Source of the DNA: Candidatus Aenigmatarchaeota archaeon
Lineage (GTDB): Archaea; EX4484-52
Assembly: GCA_023137195.1 (NCBI GenBank)
Contig: JAGLPV010000015.1
Location: forward strand, 1-64,000
Direction of reading: 5' to 3'
Length of the DNA stretch: 64,000 nucleotides
Made by a program: the position numbers and the translations under genes. Of the stretch, positions 57,735 to 64,000 are shown piece after piece. Numbering within the stretch: position 1 is the first letter of the stretch; the number at the start of each line of letters is the position of its first letter. The notes beneath the pieces were generated by a model. It made no database searches and had not been told where the DNA came from. It worked only from the letters and a program-made list of their open reading frames with translations.

Positions 57735-58901
57735 TTAGCTATATGAGCAATTCGCCATGAGATAAATCAGGCTGCTGTATCCTCCTTTTGCAATCCCATA
57801 AGGGATGTTTAGCCACCAGAAAAGTGTTTTGTTCTCTCCTGTTGAAAGAGGAATATTATCGTAGTTGAGTTTTTGCCAGGATTCAGACATATTTCTTGCC
57901 GTGGCAACTGTGTTGTAAATGTTCCATTTTAGTTCATAGACAGGGATGTAATATACTACGCCATCATCGTTTAGAATCCCGTCGTCATTTGTCAGGTTTT
58001 CTCCTTTTATCCACAGATATTCTGCTTCCCCGGAATTTGAGTCAACACTAATGTTGTAGTAGTAATTATTGTTTTGAGGTGCCGCGATGCCGGAATCTCC
58101 CGGGTCATTAAGACCAAAGTCTACCTCATCAAAATGAGTTGTTATTGTGATGATGATTGCTGACTCAACTGTTGAGTCTGCTGTGTTGTTGTCTGGTATG
58201 CTGGCATTAGTTGATTCAAATATAACATCTATTTCATAAGTCTTATGCAAATCTGCTGTTGTATTGACAGTCCAGTTAATATAGCAGATTTCGTCTTTTT
58301 CAAGAGGGTTATTTGAACAGTTTTGGGCGTTTGTTCCGGAGGGCAGGTAGAATGGTTTGGCTCCTGTTGTGGTGTTGATGTCTTCATCGGGAAGAGATGT
58401 TGTTTTGTTGTATCTTACTCTTGCAGAAACATTTGAGCAGTTGGCATACATGCATACAACACTTGCATTTACAACAAAAGTCCTGTTCTGGGGAACGCTG
58501 GTGGTGTCCTCAGGGATAATAATGGTTGGAAAAATACGAGGGTATTTTGTTGTATTTATTGTAATGAATTGCCTCTGGCTCTGGTTGGAGTTTCCTGTCG
58601 TGTTTTGAGCCCAAACAGTATAATTATAGGTGTGATCAGATAAACCAGTCATGTTTATATACCAGTTCGTTGTTGAAGAATTATCCATTGTGATATTTGT
58701 AAATCCGGATGCGTTGCCCCATTCGATTAATGCCTGATTTAACGGTTCGTCAGATGTTATATTAATGTAGGTATACTTATCGTTTGTTGTCGTTCCATTA
58801 TTTTCTGTAGGTAGGACAAAAGTGACCGTCGGGATGGCGTAAGAAAAAGGAATAATAACAGCAATCAAGAGTCCCAAGTACAATAAAATACCTTTTATCA
58901 T
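57735..58901 (-). CDS. Secreted glycoprotein with Ig-like domains
   Basis: Signal peptide and dense N-glycosylation sequons. Confidence 0.7.
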   Translation of the reverse strand: MIKGILLYLGLLIAVIIPFSYAIPTVTFVLPTENNGTTTNDKYTYINITSDEPLNQALIEWGNASGFTNITMDNSSTTNWYINMTGLSDHTYNYTVWAQNTTGNSNQSQRQFITINTTKYPRIFPTIIIPEDTTSVPQNRTFVVNASVVCMYANCSNVSARVRYNKTTSLPDEDINTTTGAKPFYLPSGTNAQNCSNNPLEKDEICYINWTVNTTADLHKTYEIDVIFESTNASIPDNNTADSTVESAIIITITTHFDEVDFGLNDPGDSGIAAPQNNNYYYNISVDSNSGEAEYLWIKGENLTNDDGILNDDGVVYYIPVYELKWNIYNTVATARNMSESWQKLNYDNIPLSTGENKTLFWWLNIPYGIAKGGYSSLIYLMANCSYS

Positions 58902-58902
58902 A

Positions 58903-60117
58903 TTATCTCTTTATATTTTCTTTTACCATGCTATTGGGCATAACTCTTGCGTTTGACTCTATCAAAACACCAGGCATAAAATTTACATTTGTCCCGACGT
59001 CAATATCATCCCCGCATATTATTCCAAGACTTGTAATTCCTGTATTTATGTGCTTCTTTTTTGCTTCGATAAAGCACTGGATTTGAGGACGTATGCCTTG
59101 TTTTCTAAACAGGCGGTTTGAAGTTATGCATCCTGCCCCAAACCTACAGTTTTGTCCTATTACTGAGTCGCCGATATAACTTCTGTGAATTGAAGTACCC
59201 GAATAAATAACTGAATTCTTGATTTCGCTGTGTGCCCCGACTACAACATCATCTTCTACATTTGTATAATCCCTTACAACTGAATGATTTCCGATAACGC
59301 AGTTGTCCCCAACATAGACATTGTTTTTTACAATAGCCCCTTCCATCAGGATTGTGTTTTTTCCTATATAAACATTTTTGCCGATTATCGCGGATTTGGC
59401 TATCTTCGCGCTTTTGCTGATGCCGGGTTTTAAAAAAGAATCAAAAATACTGTTTTTTATCGCAAGAAGATGGAAAGGATATTTTATGGAATTTAATTCT
59501 TCTTTGATTATTTTTACCTCCACCTTATTACTTTCAAGAAGGATGTTGAGAGCTTCTTCAAAATTATATTCTGATGGTTTTTGATTATCCAGAATATTGA
59601 GAAATTCTTTTGACAAATGATAGAGACCTACTATCCTGGTATCTGACGGCTCTTTTCCTTTCGCGGGTTTTTCAACTATTTTTTTGGGCTTGTTGTTTTT
59701 GAATTCAAAGATACCGTATAATTGAGGGGTGGTTGTTTTTTTCCCAAGCAAGACGTCTTTGTTGTCGAGCATTTTTTTCATTAATGTGTCGCAGGCAAAG
59801 TGGTTTGGGAAAACAAGAAAAAAATCATCATTTATCTGCTTTTTGGCGCAAAGTAGTGCATTTCCCATCCCGCCGGGATTTTTTTGCTCTGCAAAACTAA
59901 TGTGTATTTCTTTTTTCCTGTATTTTTCAAAATCAATTGCTTTTTCGTTGAAGTCCGGTCTTTTTACTATTATTATGTCTTTTGTGATTTTTGAAGCTGA
60001 GTCTATTGTGTATTCCAGCAGGGTTTTGCCGCATATTTTGCTGAATGACTTGTGTTTGTCCTGTCCAAGTGGCCAGAATCTTGATGAATTCCCGCCGCAT
60101 AAAATTACTGTCTGCAT
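58903..60117 (-). CDS. Bifunctional sugar-1-phosphate nucleotidyltransferase/acetyltransferase (archaeal GlmU-like)
   Basis: VILCGGNSSRFWP, GMGNAL, IVEKP, hexapeptide left-handed beta-helix, SYIGDSVIG..CRFGAG. Confidence 0.85.
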   Translation of the reverse strand: MQTVILCGGNSSRFWPLGQDKHKSFSKICGKTLLEYTIDSASKITKDIIIVKRPDFNEKAIDFEKYRKKEIHISFAEQKNPGGMGNALLCAKKQINDDFFLVFPNHFACDTLMKKMLDNKDVLLGKKTTTPQLYGIFEFKNNKPKKIVEKPAKGKEPSDTRIVGLYHLSKEFLNILDNQKPSEYNFEEALNILLESNKVEVKIIKEELNSIKYPFHLLAIKNSIFDSFLKPGISKSAKIAKSAIIGKNVYIGKNTILMEGAIVKNNVYVGDNCVIGNHSVVRDYTNVEDDVVVGAHSEIKNSVIYSGTSIHRSYIGDSVIGQNCRFGAGCITSNRLFRKQGIRPQIQCFIEAKKKHINTGITSLGIICGDDIDVGTNVNFMPGVLIESNARVMPNSMVKENIKR

Positions 60118-60118
60118 A

Positions 60119-60478
60119 TTATTTCCTGGTTTTGATATTTAAAAATGTATTAAACTTCTTCTGCGTTCCGCTTACTTCCCGGATATTTATTATTATTTTG
60201 CAATTGTTCAGTTCTTTTATGTTTGCAAGTGCAAATTCTACCTGCTCTACATGATTGTAGTTGCACATCACGATAAAATAAACTTCTTTATTTTGCTCTT
60301 TTACCTGGATTATTTTTGCATTTGTTTTTGCTGAGCCGATATCGCCGTATAAAGAAAAAATTTGTTTTGATAGAGTTATCCTAATTTCTTTGCCTGCGTC
60401 CATGCCTTCTTTTTTTTCGACATTTATCAGCCTGCATAGGAGATATCTTTTTTTGTCTCGCATGGATTTTGGAAGCAT
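60119..60478 (-). CDS. rnp2: RNase P protein component Pop5/Rpp14
   Basis: LPKSMRDKKRYL, LYGDIGSA, VSGTQKK. Confidence 0.85.
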   Translation of the reverse strand: MLPKSMRDKKRYLLCRLINVEKKEGMDAGKEIRITLSKQIFSLYGDIGSAKTNAKIIQVKEQNKEVYFIVMCNYNHVEQVEFALANIKELNNCKIIINIREVSGTQKKFNTFLNIKTRK

Positions 60479-60527
60479 AAGGACACTTTGCTTTTAAGTT
60501 TAAATATATAATGATTTATATATTCTT

Positions 60528-63500
60528 ATGAGAAAAGCTCAAGTTTTACCCCTTAGTCTAATCGTGATAACGTTAATTCTTACTATTTATTATGTCGGCG
60601 GGACATTTTTCAAGGATGTCTCTCTCACAAAACAAGAAACAATGAATTATTATGTGGAAAATGCAAATGAAAACGTGCAATTGATTAAACAGGCATTTGA
60701 AAAAACGGCATTATTCTGGGGGGTTATGAAAACTGCGGATGAGTTGGCTGAGAGCGGGGGAATTAGCAGTGCTGACCTTGCCCTCGGTGCTGCAGACTCT
60801 GATAATTTCTGCCCACGGATGAACACTTCTTTAATAGGAGGAGAGAATATACTATACTGGGCATTGGCAGGAAACAAGAGGATTGTAAAAAGAGTGCCTT
60901 TTATATATTATCTTGACAAAGAAACAACCGCCTATGATGTTACATTTCCTCTCCTTAATAAAGCCCAGCACGAGCAATATCTGAAAGATGTATCTAATAA
61001 GGTTTACAATTTGTCTATGACTATCCAGGTGTTATTCCTGAAACATGGAACAGTCAACATCACTTTTAACCAGGATACGAGATATGCCACGTATATTATT
61101 GATGATACAGAAAAAGACGGGATTTATGAAATAAATTTCTTAAATGATAGTTTTATTCGCTCAACAAATGATGTTGATATAAGCATTAGAGGGGAAGATA
61201 CAGCAGGAAACGTTGAAAAAATCGCAAAAATAAAGCAGATTGTCGTCTCAATATATAATGGGACTGTTGTTTTTGGACCTAATTCAATATTAAACAGTCA
61301 CCTTACTGCCCCTGTAGCAAACCTTAATACAGAACTTGGCATAAATGCAGACGAAGAGATAAAAATATCTGTAGGCACTTTTGATGGTTCTTTTTCAAGA
61401 AAAACAACAAGTCCTAACAGTCCGGTATCTTCGCTTATGTGGGCAAGTGATGTGGGAATTGTCGCTACAATGAAAGATCCTTTTGATGATTCTGTTGATG
61501 CAGTCAAGATCAGGAGTAGGGGTCTTGTTGATGAAGATGTGTATATTCGGTACTGGTACCTGTACGATGCAGGGATTTATTTTATAAACAATCTCGATGG
61601 ATTGGTCAAGGCAAGGATTTGGGATAGGTTAAATACACTTGAGGATTATTATACAGACGTAGGTGATCAAGTTTGTGGGAAACCCGGGTGTCAAGTCAAT
61701 GATAGTAGCACACGATCTTATTCAGAAGAGGATATTTATGATGAAATAGATGCCGGTCTTTCAGCATTAACTACTCGTCTAAATAATGCGTATAGTTCTG
61801 CGGGCATAGAGTGGAGTGTATCTGCACCAAGAGCAATGCTTGATGATACGTCATTAGATACCAATTATAAGCATATGTGCAGTTCTTCTGTTGAAACAAA
61901 TAGAACTGGCAATATAGTATATAAAGACAGTTACTTGAGCAAATGCACTCAAGACGGGACGTTATGTGGTGGGAAAACATGCATTAGAAGGAAGTCCTGT
62001 CCTACTTGTTATTACACTGTTGGGTGGCAGAATAAAAAATATAATACATGCACTTATTATTATGGTCATATATATATTGTAAAAAATATCCCTGTCCTTG
62101 TAGAAATAACAGACACAAAATATCAAATTACTGACTCAAACGGGAATCAAAAAAATCCTACGATTAAATTCTTTGCAGAGATAGATAAAGTACAAGACAA
62201 TTGCTGCAATAGCGGCAATACAGTATGCAGTTCATTAAGAAACAGCCATTGTTCAAATCCGTATGGGAAAATAACTCCTGTTGCGCCTCCAGAGGTAAAT
62301 CTTCCTCTTAATATTACCGATGTATTTGTATCTGATATAAATGAAAACAATGTGACAATAAACTGGCAATCAACAAAGGATGCCACTTCTGTGCTCGTGG
62401 TTAAAAATTCATTGGGTGCTACTGTCTATTCCCATGCATATTCTTTAGATACTTTATTTGACCAAATAGTGACTGGTCTTGCAGAGGATCAGGTGTATAC
62501 TTACGATATCACTGTAACTTCCGGGGCAGTAACAGATTCCTATTCTGATACGTTCACAACACATAAGACAGATACTCCTCCTTCACCCGATCCTTTTTGC
62601 ACCATAACAATAAATCCTCCTGTTGGTGGAGCTATCCTTTCGGGAACTGTAACTATAACTGCAACAGTAACCTGTCCTCCGGCCATAGGCAATATAGTTG
62701 CGGCAGATAATGTTTCATTTATGCTGGAGCAAGATTACGCACCAACCAGTTCTGCCTTGGCAGGACTAACAGCGACATATAATCTAAATTGGGACTCTGA
62801 AGTAATATTAGAGGATGGATGGAAAAATATAAGCGCAAAATTCACAAAAACTGGGAAAAGTGTAAATGATAGAATTCTTGTGATATTGAACAACGGTCAG
62901 GTTACATTGAATGTCAATGATATTGAAATAATACAGATGTCACTCACAACAGTAGATGTTATCGTTGACTTAAACAAAGGCAGTCCGATGGTGACAACTC
63001 CTAAGCTTCTGAACCCAGATGATACAGACACGGGCATAATCCCTACTGAATCGCCTGCCAATACATATACATTTAGTCTTGCTGGTCTTAGTCCAGACAC
63101 ACACTATCCTACCACCGGAGCTAATGATAATTATACTTTTTATGCAACTGATGGAGCAGATATAGTGGAGAGGAATATTTCATTTACAACAAACCCAAAA
63201 ATTACCATTTCTACACTGGATACAACAGCAGAGGTTGTTGTTGAGACTACCCGGTCTGCATTAACCATGAAATTAGAAGATCATAATGGTGTTGGTGCAG
63301 GACCGCCGAACCAGATAGGAAACATATATACTTTCAATCTTAATGGGCTCAGCGCAGACACTCGCTATCCTCACCCAACAGATATGACAAAATTTTATAC
63401 TCTTAAAATAAATGATGCCGGAACAATAGAGGAATGTGATAGTCTTTGGTTCCAGACAAAGACATCATGCAAAATAGAGATAATAACGCCTTCTTCCGGG

Positions 63501-63764
63501 ATTGTTAAAGGAATAAAGACAATACAAGTAGATGTAACGGAATGTCCTAATGATATTACGGAAAATGTTAATGTTATTGTTAATGGTGGGGTTTTTTCAA
63601 CAGTGATTAGTCCATCTTTTACTGGTCCAGACCACACGAAATCAGAATACATAACTTCATGGAATACCGCTATGGATGTAAATGGAACTTATGATCTTGA
63701 TGCTTCTTTTACAAAGTTAGGCAAAACAATAACCGATAGTATAATTGTAACAATAGACAATTGA
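60528..63764 (+). CDS. Giant pilin-like adhesin (class III signal peptide, Cys-rich region, FN3/Ig-like repeats)
   Basis: MRKAQ-VLPLSLIVITLIL; Cys-rich centre; duplicated YTF.L.GLS.DT.YP units and duplicated Ig-like units. Confidence 0.72.
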   Translation: MRKAQVLPLSLIVITLILTIYYVGGTFFKDVSLTKQETMNYYVENANENVQLIKQAFEKTALFWGVMKTADELAESGGISSADLALGAADSDNFCPRMNTSLIGGENILYWALAGNKRIVKRVPFIYYLDKETTAYDVTFPLLNKAQHEQYLKDVSNKVYNLSMTIQVLFLKHGTVNITFNQDTRYATYIIDDTEKDGIYEINFLNDSFIRSTNDVDISIRGEDTAGNVEKIAKIKQIVVSIYNGTVVFGPNSILNSHLTAPVANLNTELGINADEEIKISVGTFDGSFSRKTTSPNSPVSSLMWASDVGIVATMKDPFDDSVDAVKIRSRGLVDEDVYIRYWYLYDAGIYFINNLDGLVKARIWDRLNTLEDYYTDVGDQVCGKPGCQVNDSSTRSYSEEDIYDEIDAGLSALTTRLNNAYSSAGIEWSVSAPRAMLDDTSLDTNYKHMCSSSVETNRTGNIVYKDSYLSKCTQDGTLCGGKTCIRRKSCPTCYYTVGWQNKKYNTCTYYYGHIYIVKNIPVLVEITDTKYQITDSNGNQKNPTIKFFAEIDKVQDNCCNSGNTVCSSLRNSHCSNPYGKITPVAPPEVNLPLNITDVFVSDINENNVTINWQSTKDATSVLVVKNSLGATVYSHAYSLDTLFDQIVTGLAEDQVYTYDITVTSGAVTDSYSDTFTTHKTDTPPSPDPFCTITINPPVGGAILSGTVTITATVTCPPAIGNIVAADNVSFMLEQDYAPTSSALAGLTATYNLNWDSEVILEDGWKNISAKFTKTGKSVNDRILVILNNGQVTLNVNDIEIIQMSLTTVDVIVDLNKGSPMVTTPKLLNPDDTDTGIIPTESPANTYTFSLAGLSPDTHYPTTGANDNYTFYATDGADIVERNISFTTNPKITISTLDTTAEVVVETTRSALTMKLEDHNGVGAGPPNQIGNIYTFNLNGLSADTRYPHPTDMTKFYTLKINDAGTIEECDSLWFQTKTSCKIEIITPSSGIVKGIKTIQVDVTECPNDITENVNVIVNGGVFSTVISPSFTGPDHTKSEYITSWNTAMDVNGTYDLDASFTKLGKTITDSIIVTIDN

Positions 63765-63765
63765 A

Positions 63766-64000
63766 TCAGACAAAACAAGATAGGATGAGTCCCAGAACCA
63801 CGAAAACAGACAGATTAATTGTTTTTTGTATCTTTAATGTATCAATACCACCTGCTTTTAATTTTTCAATATCCTGGTGTGTTATTGGTCGAAAAGGAGA
63901 GATGACCTCTTTTTTATTCATGTAATTGTTCATCATCTTCTGACGGAAAATTGAATTTATGAACATTGGAATATTCTGCCTCGTGAATTTTTCTTTTGTT
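63766..64000 (-). CDS. 3' end of a hypothetical protein with a C-terminal TM helix (runs off the window)
   Basis: Frame is open to the window edge; ends SVFVVLGLILSCFV. Confidence 0.45.
   Translation of the reverse strand, partial: TKEKFTRQNIPMFINSIFRQKMMNNYMNKKEVISPFRPITHQDIEKLKAGGIDTLKIQKTINLSVFVVLGLILSCFV

Noticed and set aside
241-63652. Many 60-200 aa antisense or overlapping ORFs in the track (for example 241-843, 45825-46448, 53309-53782)
   Set aside because: They are shadows of well-supported genes, with F/S/L-rich composition mirroring K/E-rich sense codons.

Overview
AT-rich archaeal DNA: archaeal Rpl21e, RpoL, SRP54, Sec61beta, class I CCA-adding enzyme, Kae1, prefoldin beta, Pop5, IDI-2 and GGTGA-type ribosome-binding sites. 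The compact layout and surface-protein repertoire suggest a DPANN-type organism, which is inference only. Housekeeping genes include the trpEGDCF operon, galU-ugd, aglH, a glmU-like gene, speB, purE, nth, fni and ppsA. The notable features are: (1) a 6.3-kb four-gene accessory operon (28682-34953) that looks like a duplicated two-gene module of a papain/transglutaminase-fold Cys-His-Asp protein plus a protein kinase, with one member also carrying a degenerate J-domain and a HEAT repeat; (2) glmS split into two genes with four tightly coupled enzyme genes between the halves; (3) four tandem beta-helix PEF-CTERM surface proteins with conserved ends and variable middles; (4) several families of modular palindromic intergenic repeats whose stems change on both arms together, including one unit apparently nested inside another with a 7-bp direct repeat; (5) a pacifastin-like lipoprotein, a KAP NTPase-pentapeptide fusion, an attC-like hairpin beside an inverted-repeat-flanked cupin gene, and a triple-frameshifted Yip1 pseudogene next to a probable IS200/IS605-derived remnant. 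No tRNA, rRNA, CRISPR array, integrase or intact transposase was recognised. All calls come from reading motifs by eye; no searches were run.
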